Source: Eledone cirrhosa (lineage: Eukaryota). Taken from it: a stretch of 64,000 nucleotides of DNA. Position 1 is the first letter of the stretch. Each line of letters starts with the position of its first letter. A model generated the notes under the pieces. That model worked only from the letters and a program-made list of their open reading frames with translations. It did not search any database and had not been told where the DNA came from. Made by a program: the position numbers and the translations under genes. The stretch covers positions 160,580,001 through 160,644,000 of the forward strand of contig OZ024741.1 of the NCBI GenBank assembly GCA_964016885.1. The letters are read 5' to 3'. Below are positions 1-13,170 of this stretch, piece by piece.

Positions 1-299
1 ATATATATATATATATTTCATTACTCTTATATATACACATAGTATATATACATACACAACCTCACTTATACACATATACACATAAGTTATATTACAATAA
101 TAATAAAGAATAATATATATATAAATATATATATATACACACATACATATATACACATATATATATATATATACATACATACATACACATACATACATAC
201 ACATAAATATATACATACATAAATACACACATACGAATAAAGACATATATTCACACATAGACACCTATATACACATATATATATATATATATATATATC

Positions 300-349
<50 letters not shown>

Positions 350-2121
350 CACACACACACACACACACAGACACACATACACACTCACATATATATATAT
401 ATATATGTGTATGTGAGTGTGCGCAAATACACATATATATACACACACACATACAAACACACACAAACACATACATATGCATACGTGCACACACACACAC
501 ATATATCACATAGATACGAAGATAAACATATAAATAGAGAGACATACAAATATATACAGAACCCATATACACATACATACAAACACGCATATACATATAC
601 ATACATATATACACATATATATATATTCCTATATACAAGCATACACATACATACACATATATACATATACATACACATATACATACCACACATTCACATA
701 CACATACATATATAATACATATATATACATATATATACATACATATGTATGTACAATCATATATACACACTCAATCTTACATTCATATTTACATGCTCAT
801 ATATGTATTTTTATATTTAGAAATAAATACCAAAACCTATATAGACACCCACCTACACATATATTCATACATATACGCTTACAAAAACAGATGATAATAG
901 TATGGGGGAAAGGGGGGGTTTGGAGAAGGGGATCAAAGTAAATATATGTTTCAAGAAACATATAATATTTTCCGTATCTTAATTCAATGTATGTTCTTAC
1001 ATATTTTCAGTGCTAGGAAATACGAAATCTATGCATCTCAAAACAAAAAAGTAAACCATTAATCATATGTTAACTAAACCAAAGATAGTCAACATATTGA
1101 TTTCCAAGGTGTAAATTAGTTAGGTTTATAATATTTGAAGCAGAATTATGAAGTCAAACAGTAGTAGATTATTAATTACATTATAACTAAATTAAAGTTA
1201 ATAACGTTATGGTATCAATATTAGGAGATGAATTTAGTAATAGGGAAAAGAAACCCAAATAAAAATAAAATAAAGTATTACATCGGTAGTAGCATATAAA
1301 TTATGTGTTAACTAAATTAAAAATTATATATTTATTTCAATAGTATACGTTAATTAGTATATGTTAATTAGGTATACAATACATAAAGCAGATATTGTAT
1401 TTCATCAATAGCATAATATAATTATATGCAAATAAAAATCAAAATTAATACGCATACATATACATATACATCCACATACACATATATATACATATACACA
1501 CATATATATATATATATATACATATATATACACATACATACATATATACTCACATAAAAATACATACAGATACACATACAACACACACATATATACATAT
1601 ACATATAGATATACATATCATTTTCAAAAAATTACACAGAATATATTAACTAGGTATATATCCAAAACACATCCCATTCTATGATTACATGACATTCTGC
1701 AATTCGTCTGTACAAGGATACTAATTTTAAGCAAATTAAAATTAAAGTTTTAGGTTGATTAAAACTAAAACCAAATAATAAATATATTTCCAAAATGTAT
1801 ATTAATTAGGTCTATAATACTAAAAATTCTTTCTCCGTCATTGGATACATGATATTATTTTGTTATATTTTATCTGTAAAAGAATTATAATAAAAAAAAA
1901 AAAAAAAAATTATTATAATAAAAGGTTAAAATAAATTAAAATTAATCTATAAATTAAATTACTGAGTATATATTAGTAATATTTAAAGGTTTTTCAAAAT
2001 TTATGATTACATAATATTTTCTCATCTGTAATAAAATATTAATTAAATTAAATTTATAGGTTAACTAACATTTAAATTAAATTAAATTCTAGAATAATGT
2101 TATTAATTAGGTTTATAATAT

Positions 2122-4545
2122 TTAAATGTTTTTTTTTAGTTTATGATTACACGATATAATTAATTCCTGTCTTTTATTTAATAAGATATCCCTAGACTTC
2201 ATTATTTCAAATAGTTCTTGGGAACATAATCTACATTCCTTTCTATTATTTTGATAAGGGGTGGCTCTTTTGAGCACACTCCAGGTCAAATCATATTTTA
2301 TATTTTTATTTTTATAACTATTGATTTTTTCTGCTAGAGATGTTGTATTAGCCAGTGCGGCATTTTTAAAGCTATGTTTGTGGGTATTATACCTTGTCTT
2401 AAAATTGTTAGAGGTAGCTCCTATATATGAGCAAATAGAATCTTTAGTTTTAACATTACATTTATAGACTATGTTGTTAACAAGACAATTCCCTTTTAAT
2501 GGGCAGTTTGTTTTGTTTCTACAGTTACATCCTTTCGTTAATTCTGTATTTGAGGAGATATTATTGTTAATTTGATGTACTGGTGGTATACTTATGGTTT
2601 TCTTACATTTATATGCATTATATGCACTTATATTTTGTTTTATGTTATTTGTTGTAGAGTATGAGAATTTAACTGTAGACCTATTTAAGATTTGATGGTA
2701 TTTGTGGTTTGGCGGGAAGTTTTTCTCAAGGATATAAAAAAATTTTTTAGCAATATTATCCTTAACTTGTAAATTAAAAGGAGCATTATACCAAGTAACT
2801 CGTCTATTACGGTTTCTATGTTGTTTATTATTTTTATTATTTTTATATGTTGTATCATGATTTTTACTAGGAGGATTAATGTTAATGATCTCACCACAAC
2901 TATTTTTAGTTATATTTGTAGATTTAGGTGTTTTATCTTTTTTATTAGGAGTTTTATTATTAATATTTATTATAGTTGTATGATGAGTAGTTTTTTGAGG
3001 GTTACTATACTTTATATTAGAAGATTTAGTATTTTGGGGTATACTGTGGGTGGCATTTAGGTGTGTACTTTTCATTTGGTGTTTGTTGGTAATATTATGC
3101 TGTATGCTTTCAGTATTTTTAGTAGAAGGTATATACTCTAATCTATTTTTGTGGCCACTTCTATCTAGAGCTTCATTATAAAAGGTCGCATTTTTATCAA
3201 ATACATCTTGGTTAGAAGAAAGGTTAGAAATTCTAAGTGATATATTATATGCAAGGTTTTTAAGGATAGATTTAGGGTGATTAGATTGTGAGTGTATGTA
3301 ATGTAAGTTTTGGTTAGGTTTATGGTAAGGTTGGTATATACCCGTAGCTAAATCTAAAGTTATATCTAGGAAATTTACTACTTTACTTGTTTTTTCAAAA
3401 GTAATATTAAGATTATAATAGTCTTTAAGGAAAGTTCTAATATGCTTTTTGTTTTTTTCGATTTCTGAAAGGCTAAGGTTGTTAGAAAGAAGAAGACAGT
3501 CATCACGATATAAACCACCTTTGAGGTGGGGAAAAGAGGCATTTATGTTGAAAAGGAGAAAGAGGCCCACAAGATCAGTAATTTGGGCGGAATCGCTTGA
3601 ACCCATAGTAATATCAAAAAGATTACTGTATGTGTTTCTGGTCCAGTATTCATTCTGAAATTCAATAAGTGTTTGTCTAGCATGTGTAATAATGTTAATG
3701 TCATCCGAAGTTAAATTAGATCTATTTTTAGCAAATATTAATGCTTTGTTCAGGAGTATGGGTGATATAGAAGAATAGTAATTATCTATATCAAATTGTA
3801 GGAAAGAAGCAGAAGATTTACACCTAATATTTTTAAACCAATTAATTACCTGGGAGGTGTTTTCCCAGAGTGGTAAAATAACGTATTTTCTTATTTGTGG
3901 GATGACTCTATCTAAAATTTTTTTGCTAATTATTCCAATATCTGATTTGGAGGGACATATAAGTCTAATAGAAGGATTAGAGTTAAAGTTAGATTTGTGA
4001 TCTTTCAGGTTGAAGTGTGGTCTTTTCAATGCCAAAGGTTCAGTTCTATCTTCAATATTTAGTTTTTTTACTATGTTGTGTGTTTTGTTGTTGATGTTGG
4101 TGAGTGACACATTATTAGATTTTTTATAATTTTTTCTGAGTTCTTTAAATATGAACTCATTATAATGTTCAATATCCATATGATACAAGTTACCAGTTTT
4201 GTCCGAGTGGACATGGATTTTTTTAGACTTTTTTAGGTCCAATAGGGTAGAATCAAGGTCCTTTTGAAAGACGGATTTATACTTTTTAAATTTGAGGTGT
4301 TTAATTAAATTAAAAAGGTCTTTCTCGAAGTCTTCAAGTAAAAAGTTGTGTGGTGGATTCTTGTAAGTGTTGAAATCATACATATATTTCCGATCTGCCT
4401 GTTTAGATTTTCTATCGAAGTGGTAGGCTCTCCATCTAACCCTTCTGATAAAATTATTAGTTTTCTGAATCATAAGGAGTAAGAAGTCGTCCTTAGAAGG
4501 TATTGGTATGTTTTTCAAGGAGGTTCCTAAATATTGTTTTTCCAT
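2122..4545 (-). CDS. PLE reverse transcriptase + C-terminal GIY-YIG endonuclease (Hydra-clade-like), ~807 aa, intact
   Basis: First ATG at 4545 (MEKQYLGTSLKNIPIPS). RT motifs FLQFDIDNYYSSI, FDITMGSSDSAQ, GGLYRDD, FLDITLDL. Linker CNCRNKTNC (CxCx5C). Endonuclease IVYKC...SYIGAT...FKTRYNTHKHSF and C-terminal CRLC...LLNKRQE...CNH. Confidence 0.93.
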   Translation of the reverse strand: MEKQYLGTSLKNIPIPSKDDFLLLMIQKTNNFIRRVRWRAYHFDRKSKQADRKYMYDFNTYKNPPHNFLLEDFEKDLFNLIKHLKFKKYKSVFQKDLDSTLLDLKKSKKIHVHSDKTGNLYHMDIEHYNEFIFKELRKNYKKSNNVSLTNINNKTHNIVKKLNIEDRTEPLALKRPHFNLKDHKSNFNSNPSIRLICPSKSDIGIISKKILDRVIPQIRKYVILPLWENTSQVINWFKNIRCKSSASFLQFDIDNYYSSISPILLNKALIFAKNRSNLTSDDINIITHARQTLIEFQNEYWTRNTYSNLFDITMGSSDSAQITDLVGLFLLFNINASFPHLKGGLYRDDCLLLSNNLSLSEIEKNKKHIRTFLKDYYNLNITFEKTSKVVNFLDITLDLATGIYQPYHKPNQNLHYIHSQSNHPKSILKNLAYNISLRISNLSSNQDVFDKNATFYNEALDRSGHKNRLEYIPSTKNTESIQHNITNKHQMKSTHLNATHSIPQNTKSSNIKYSNPQKTTHHTTIININNKTPNKKDKTPKSTNITKNSCGEIININPPSKNHDTTYKNNKNNKQHRNRNRRVTWYNAPFNLQVKDNIAKKFFYILEKNFPPNHKYHQILNRSTVKFSYSTTNNIKQNISAYNAYKCKKTISIPPVHQINNNISSNTELTKGCNCRNKTNCPLKGNCLVNNIVYKCNVKTKDSICSYIGATSNNFKTRYNTHKHSFKNAALANTTSLAEKINSYKNKNIKYDLTWSVLKRATPYQNNRKECRLCSQELFEIMKSRDILLNKRQELIISCNHKLKKNI

Positions 4546-4888
4546 TGTGATATGGATGATGGACAATTGAAAGAGCTCAACTAAATGTATATGGGTTTAC
4601 AAAATCATACATATATATATGTTTATACATAAATATAAAATTAATACACACATACAGTACAAAAATACGAATATTTCCGTGAAAATAGGAGCAAAATTAT
4701 GTAGATAAATCTACCAAGAGTTTACGGTAGTGTCCAATCCGTATGAAGAACTCAATGTATTCCGGATATCATGGAAAGAAGAGATGTAATGAAAATCCAC
4801 TTTCGGTGAAAGATAAACGGTATACAGAGTCAAGATAAAATATTAAACAAATAATGAACAAACAATTCCTTATATTAAACAAAAAAAG

Positions 4889-5043
4889 TTCACTATTTAA
4901 CGATCGTTTCTAGGGTATATATGTGTTATAATTGGTATGCATATTTAACAGATCTATGTACAAAATTATACAAAATTATACAAATTATCAAGATTAAATA
5001 TACATACCTAACTCATATATACGCCGTCTTCAGAAATAATGAA
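4889..5043 (-). ncRNA. Type I hammerhead ribozyme in PLE terminal repeat
   Basis: Sense strand: ttcattattt-CTGAAGA-long stem II-GAAAC GATC GT T-aaatagtgaa. 10-bp stem I (one G-U). Palindromic stem III AACGATCGTT. Confidence 0.8.
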
Positions 5044-5813
5044 GTATATTTATTGATAATAACAACAATTCAAAATATCAGTTCAAAATTGACCAATGAA
5101 AACACAAAGGGTTAAAAGCAGTTTGGTGTGTGTATATACATGTAAAAACCTTACACATATTTTACAATAATGTGTGTATAATTTGTATGTGCATACTAAA
5201 AAGATGGATGCAAACACAAAATTTCAAGGTTAATATCTCTGTAAGCTTAATGCGCTGATAAGATACGCAATGATACTTATGGAGTCAAGCATATAAATAT
5301 ATTTTTTTCATACTCACACATATCAGTATAATCACACATATATGTGCGTATATGCATAAATATACACATAACCACGAACATACAAACACACACACTCCCC
5401 CACTCACATTTATATATGTGGATATAAAATCATAAGCAAATAGAAATTAAGTCACTCACATAAAAAACACTGGCACACACATTTCAAGATCAAGATACAG
5501 AAATTAGGTGGGAGGGGGGGGGAGGGGTCAGTATTAGATTGTCAGACCAGACTGCCTAATATAAATGTATCTATAAATTAAGAAAAATAAGAAAATAAAA
5601 ACAATAAAATATAATAAATATAATATGTACATACACATACAGATATACATACACATACATACATGTACGCGCACATAAAGATATTTACATATACATACAT
5701 ACACACATACCTATACAGTCATACACACACATACATTTATACGAACATACACATACACATATAAAAAGATATAAATACACACACACTCACGCGCAACACA
5801 TACACACATACAC

Positions 5814-5846
<33 letters not shown>

Positions 5847-6379
5847 TACACACACACATAGACTCATATATATATATATACATATACATACATATATATA
5901 AACATATATATCCACACACTCATACCACCATAAATACACATACAAACACCCACATGTATATATATATATATATATATATATATCCACATACACACACGTA
6001 CACATATATATATATATATACATACATACACATACATATATATATATACACACACATAAAAAACAGACATGCACATATATATATATATATATATATATAT
6101 TTCATTACTCTTATATATACACATAGTATATATACATACACAACCTCACTTATACACATATACACATAAGTTATATTACAATAATAATAAAGAATAATAT
6201 ATATATAAATATATATATATACACACATACATATATACACATATATATATATATACATACATACATACACATACATACATACACATAAATATATACATAC
6301 ATAAATACACACATACGAATAAAGACATATATTCACACATAGACACCTATATACACATATATATATATATATATATATC

Positions 6380-6429
<50 letters not shown>

Positions 6430-8187
6430 CACACACACACACACACACACAGACACACATACACACTCACATATATATATATATATATGTGTATGTGAGT
6501 GTGCGCAAATACACATATATATACACACACACATACAAACACACACAAACACATACATATGCATACGTGCACACACACACACATATATCACATAGATACG
6601 AAGATAAACATATAAATAGAGAGACATACAAATATATACAGAACCCATATACACATACATACAAACACGCATATACATATACATACATATATACACATAT
6701 ATATATATTCCTATATACAAGCATACACATACATACACATATATACATATACATACACATATACATACCACACATTCACATACACATACATATATAATAC
6801 ATATATATACATATATATACATACATATGTATGTACAATCATATATACACACTCAATCTTACATTCATATTTACATGCTCATATATGTATTTTTATATTT
6901 AGAAATAAATACCAAAACCTATATAGACACCCACCTACACATATATTCATACATATACGCTTACAAAAACAGATGATAATAGTATGGGGGAAAGGGGGGG
7001 TTTGGAGAAGGGGATCAAAGTAAATATATGTTTCAAGAAACATATAATATTTTCCGTATCTTAATTCAATGTATGTTCTTACATATTTTCAGTGCTAGGA
7101 AATACGAAATCTATGCATCTCAAAACAAAAAAGTAAACCATTAATCATATGTTAACTAAACCAAAGATAGTCAACATATTGATTTCCAAGGTGTAAATTA
7201 GTTAGGTTTATAATATTTGAAGCAGAATTATGAAGTCAAACAGTAGTAGATTATTAATTACATTATAACTAAATTAAAGTTAATAACGTTATGGTATCAA
7301 TATTAGGAGATGAATTTAGTAATAGGGAAAAGAAACCCAAATAAAAATAAAATAAAGTATTACATCGGTAGTAGCATATAAATTATGTGTTAACTAAATT
7401 AAAAATTATATATTTATTTCAATAGTATACGTTAATTAGTATATGTTAATTAGGTATACAATACATAAAGCAGATATTGTATTTCATCAATAGCATAATA
7501 TAATTATATGCAAATAAAAATCAAAATTAATACGCATACATATACATATACATCCACATACACATATATATACATATACACACATATATATATATATATA
7601 TACATATATATACACATACATACATATATACTCACATAAAAATACATACAGATACACATACAACACACACATATATACATATACATATAGATATACATAT
7701 CATTTTCAAAAAATTACACAGAATATATTAACTAGGTATATATCCAAAACACATCCCATTCTATGATTACATGACATTCTGCAATTCGTCTGTACAAGGA
7801 TACTAATTTTAAGCAAATTAAAATTAAAGTTTTAGGTTGATTAAAACTAAAACCAAATAATAAATATATTTCCAAAATGTATATTAATTAGGTCTATAAT
7901 ACTAAAAATTCTTTCTCCGTCATTGGATACATGATATTATTTTGTTATATTTTATCTGTAAAAGAATTATAATAAAAAAAAAAAAAAAAGAAAATTATTA
8001 TAATAAAAGGTTAAAATAAATTAAAATTAATCTATAAATTAAATTACTGAGTATATATTAGTAATATTTAAAGGTTTTTCAAAATTTATGATTACATAAT
8101 ATTTTCTCATCTGTAATAAAATATTAATTAAATTAAATTTATAGGTTAACTAACATTTAAATTAAATTAAATTCTAGAATAATGTTA

Positions 8188-9673
8188 TTAATTAGGTTTA
8201 TAATATTTAAATGTTTTTTTTAGTTTATGATTACACGATATAATTAATTCCTGTCTTTTATTTAATAAGATATCCCTAGACTTCATTATTTCAAATAGTT
8301 CTTGGGAACATAATCTACATTCCTTTCTATTATTTTGATAAGGGGTGGCTCTTTTGAGCACACTCCAGGTCAAATCATATTTTATATTTTTATTTTTATA
8401 ACTATTGATTTTTTCTGCTAGAGATGTTGTATTAGCCAGTGCGGCATTTTTAAAGCTATGTTTGTGGGTATTATACCTTGTCTTAAAATTGTTAGAGGTA
8501 GCTCCTATATATGAGCAAATAGAATCTTTAGTTTTAACATTACATTTATAGACTATGTTGTTAACAAGACAATTCCCTTTTAATGGGCAGTTTGTTTTGT
8601 TTCTACAGTTACATCCTTTCGTTAATTCTGTATTTGAGGAGATATTATTGTTAATTTGATGTACTGGTGGTATACTTATGGTTTTCTTACATTTATATGC
8701 ATTATATGCACTTATATTTTGTTTTATGTTATTTGTTGTAGAGTATGAGAATTTAACTGTAGACCTATTTAAGATTTGATGGTATTTGTGGTTTGGCGGG
8801 AAGTTTTTCTCAAGGATATAAAAAAAATTTTTAGCAATATTATCCTTAACTTGTAAATTAAAAGGAGCATTATACCAAGTAACTCGTCTATTACGGTTTC
8901 TATGTTGTTTATTATTTTTATTATTTTTATATGTTGTATCATGATTTTTACTAGGAGGATTAATGTTAATGATCTCACCACAACTATTTTTAGTTATATT
9001 TGTAGATTTAGGTGTTTTATCTTTTTTATTAGGAGTTTTATTATTAATATTTATTATAGTTGTATGATGAGTAGTTTTTTGAGGGTTACTATACTTTATA
9101 TTAGAAGATTTAGTATTTTGGGGTATACTGTGGGTGGCATTTAGGTGTGTACTTTTCATTTGGTGTTTGTTGGTAATATTATGCTGTATGCTTTCAGTAT
9201 TTTTAGTAGAAGGTATATACTCTAATCTATTTTTGTGGCCACTTCTATCTAGAGCTTCATTATAAAAGGTCGCATTTTTATCAAATACATCTTGGTTAGA
9301 AGAAAGGTTAGAAATTCTAAGTGATATATTATATGCAAGGTTTTTAAGGATAGATTTAGGGTGATTAGATTGTGAGTGTATGTAATGTAAGTTTTGGTTA
9401 GGTTTATGGTAAGGTTGGTATATACCCGTAGCTAAATCTAAAGTTATATCTAGGAAATTTACTACTTTACTTGTTTTTTCAAAAGTAATATTAAGATTAT
9501 AATAGTCTTTAAGGAAAGTTCTAATATGCTTTTTGTTTTTTTCGATTTCTGAAAGGCTAAGGTTGTTAGAAAGAAGAAGACAGTCATCACGATATAAACC
9601 ACCTTTGAGGTGGGGAAAAGAGGCATTTATGTTGAAAAGGAGAAAGAGGCCCACAAGATCAGTAATTTGGGCG
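8188..9673 (-). pseudogene. 5'-truncated second copy of the PLE ORF (from AQITDLVGL onward)
   Basis: Protein matches the 2122-4545 ORF except KK->KN and a T9/T8 homopolymer shift at the C-terminus. The N-terminal ~50 aa of the predicted 544-aa ORF is read-through from the inverted segment. Confidence 0.93.
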
Positions 9674-10217
9674 TATATGTTTTTGTAAGCGTATATGTAT
9701 GAATATATGTGTAGGTGGGTGTCTATATAGGTTTTGGTATTTATTTCTAAATATAAAAATACATATATGAGCATGTAAATATGAATGTAAGATTGAGTGT
9801 GTATATATGATTGTACATACATATGTATGTATATATATGTATATATATGTATTATATATGTATGTGTATGTGAATGTGTGGTATGTATATGTGTATGTAT
9901 ATGTATATATGTGTATGTATGTGTATGCTTGTATATAGGAATATATATATATGTGTATATATGTATGTATATGTATATGCGTGTTTGTATGTATGTGTAT
10001 ATGGGTTCTGTATATATTTGTATGTCTCTCTATTTATATGTTTATCTTCGTATCTATGTGATATATGTGTGTGTGTGTGCACGTATGCATATGTATGTGT
10101 TTGTGTGTGTTTGTATGTGTGTGTGTATATATATGTGTATTTGCGCACACTCACATACACATATATATATATATATATGTGAGTGTGTATGTGTGTCTGT
10201 GTGTGTGTGTGTGTGTG

Positions 10218-10267
<50 letters not shown>

Positions 10268-10802
10268 GATATATATATATATATATATATATGTGTATAT
10301 AGGTGTCTATGTGTGAATATATGTCTTTATTCGTATGTGTGTATTTATGTATGTATATATTTATGTGTATGTATGTATGTGTATGTATGTATGTATATAT
10401 ATATATATGTGTATATATGTATGTGTGTATATATATATATTTATATATATATTATTCTTTATTATTATTGTAATATAACTTATGTGTATATGTGTATAAG
10501 TGAGGTTGTGTATGTATATATACTATGTGTATATATAAGAGTAATGAAATATATATATATATATATATATATATGTGCATGTCTGTTTTTTATGTGTGTG
10601 TATATATATATATGTATGTGTATGTATGTATATATATATATATATGTGTACGTGTGTGTATGTGGATATATATATATATATATATATATATACATGTGGG
10701 TGTTTGTATGTGTATTTATGGTGGTATGAGTGTGTGGATATATATGTTTATATATATGTATGTATATGTATATATATATATATGAGTCTATGTGTGTGTG
10801 TA

Positions 10803-10845
<43 letters not shown>

Positions 10846-11615
10846 ATGTGTGTATGTGTTGCGCGTGAGTGTGTGTGTATTTATATCTTTTTATATGTGT
10901 ATGTGTATGTTCGTATAAATGTATGTGTGTGTATGACTGTATAGGTATGTGTGTATGTATGTATATGTAAATATCTTTATGTGCGCGTACATGTATGTAT
11001 GTGTATGTATATCTGTATGTGTATGTACATATTATATTTATTATATTTTATTGTTTTTATTTTCTTATTTTTCTTAATTTATAGATACATTTATATTAGG
11101 CAGTCTGGTCTGACAATCTAATACTGACCCCTCCCCCCCCCCCCCTCCCACCTAATTTCTGTATCTTGATCTTGAAATGTGTGTGCCAGTGTTTTTTATG
11201 TGAGTGACTTAATTTCTATTTGCTTATGATTTTATATCCACATATATAAATGTGAGTGGGGGAGTGTGTGTGTTTGTATGTTCGTGGTTATGTGTATATT
11301 TATGCATATACGCACATATATGTGTGATTATACTGATATGTGTGAGTATGAAAAAAATATATTTATATGCTTGACTCCATAAGTATCATTGCGTATCTTA
11401 TCAGCGCATTAAGCTTACAGAGATATTAACCTTGAAATTTTGTGTTTGCATCCATCTTTTTAGTATGCACATACAAATTATACACACATTATTGTAAAAT
11501 ATGTGTAAGGTTTTTACATGTATATACACACACCAAACTGCTTTTAACCCTTTGTGTTTTCATTGGTCAATTTTGAACTGATATTTTGAATTGTTGTTAT
11601 TATCAATAAATATAC

Positions 11616-11770
11616 TTCATTATTTCTGAAGACGGCGTATATATGAGTTAGGTATGTATATTTAATCTTGATAATTTGTATAATTTTGTATAATTTTGTA
11701 CATAGATCTGTTAAATATGCATACCAATTATAACACATATATACCCTAGAAACGATCGTTAAATAGTGAA
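11616..11770 (+). ncRNA. Type I hammerhead ribozyme, inverted copy
   Basis: Reverse complement of 4889-5043. Confidence 0.8.
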
Positions 11771-12333
11771 CTTTTTTTGTTTAATATAAGGAATTGTTTG
11801 TTCATTATTTGTTTAATATTTTATCTTGACTCTGTATACCGTTTATCTTTCACCGAAAGTGGATTTTCATTACATCTCTTCTTTCCATGATATCCGGAAT
11901 ACATTGAGTTCTTCATACGGATTGGACACTACCGTAAACTCTTGGTAGATTTATCTACATATATATATATATATATATAATATAATATAATATAATATAA
12001 TATAATATAATATATATAAATGAAAAATAGAGCAGAAACGGGACTGTCCATCATCAGTGATCTTCTGACTATCATCGATATTTCTTCGCATTAAAGACCA
12101 GATACCACAAAATCAGTGCGAGCAATAACTAAAATAAGTTACTGGGACAGAGCGAATTGGGTGGAGAAAGAGGGACAGTAAACAAACAAAAGTAGTAATG
12201 CGACGTAAAGAGAGGAAATGAGAGGCAAGTCAATGATACATGTGAACTTAAGTTCGACCAACTCAACGACGAGAAGACGGCAGACGCGTCCGAACCCTGC
12301 GAAATGTGAGCTAGAAAAGGATTTCACACAGGT

Positions 12334-12660
<327 letters not shown>

Positions 12661-12746
12661 AATAGATAGATAGCTAGATAGGTAGATAGATAGATAGATA
12701 TAGATGTGTGTGTATGTGTGTATATGTATAAGTATATATATATAAG

Positions 12747-12845
<99 letters not shown>

Positions 12846-13121
12846 ATGTGTGTGTGTGTGTGAAATGTCGCAATACAAGAGTCGATTTAATCGACTTATC
12901 TATTTCCCTCAAATTTCTGGCCTTATGCCTAAATTAGAAGTCAGCGGTCACTTTCAACTACCGTATTACAAATACAACCATATTTTCTAAGAGAAAAAGA
13001 TTGTGACACAAATATTCTCACTCGAACCTCGAAATAACGACTCTCTAGCTAACTCTCTATTTCTCTCTCTCTATCTCTCTATCTATCTCTAACTGTCTTC
13101 CTCTCTCTCTCTCTCTATCTA

Positions 13122-13167
<46 letters not shown>

Positions 13168-13170
<3 letters not shown>

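Larger units (their letters stand above)
1..11961 (-). mobile_element. Penelope-like retroelement composite insertion (full unit + upstream 5'-truncated tandem copy + inverted terminal segment); continues left of window
   Basis: Near-identical direct repeat with ~6.08 kb period (1405 vs 7487; 2685 vs 8769). 9678-11961 is the reverse complement of ~4699-6971 and ends directly in (TA)n. Tandem/inverted layout is typical of PLEs. Confidence 0.95.

Noticed and set aside
87-1616. Many ORFs rich in Y/I/C/V/M/H/T here and throughout the window
   Set aside because: They are translations of TA/CA/CATA microsatellites that lack stop codons.
5250-5295. CTGATAA plus small hairpin as a second PLE ribozyme
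   Set aside because: Core mismatch, antisense to the element, and no GAAA box.
12030-12120. CTGATGA-tggac/gtcc and GAAATATCGAT on the minus strand
   Set aside because: The boxes are in the wrong order or lack partners, so no coherent fold.
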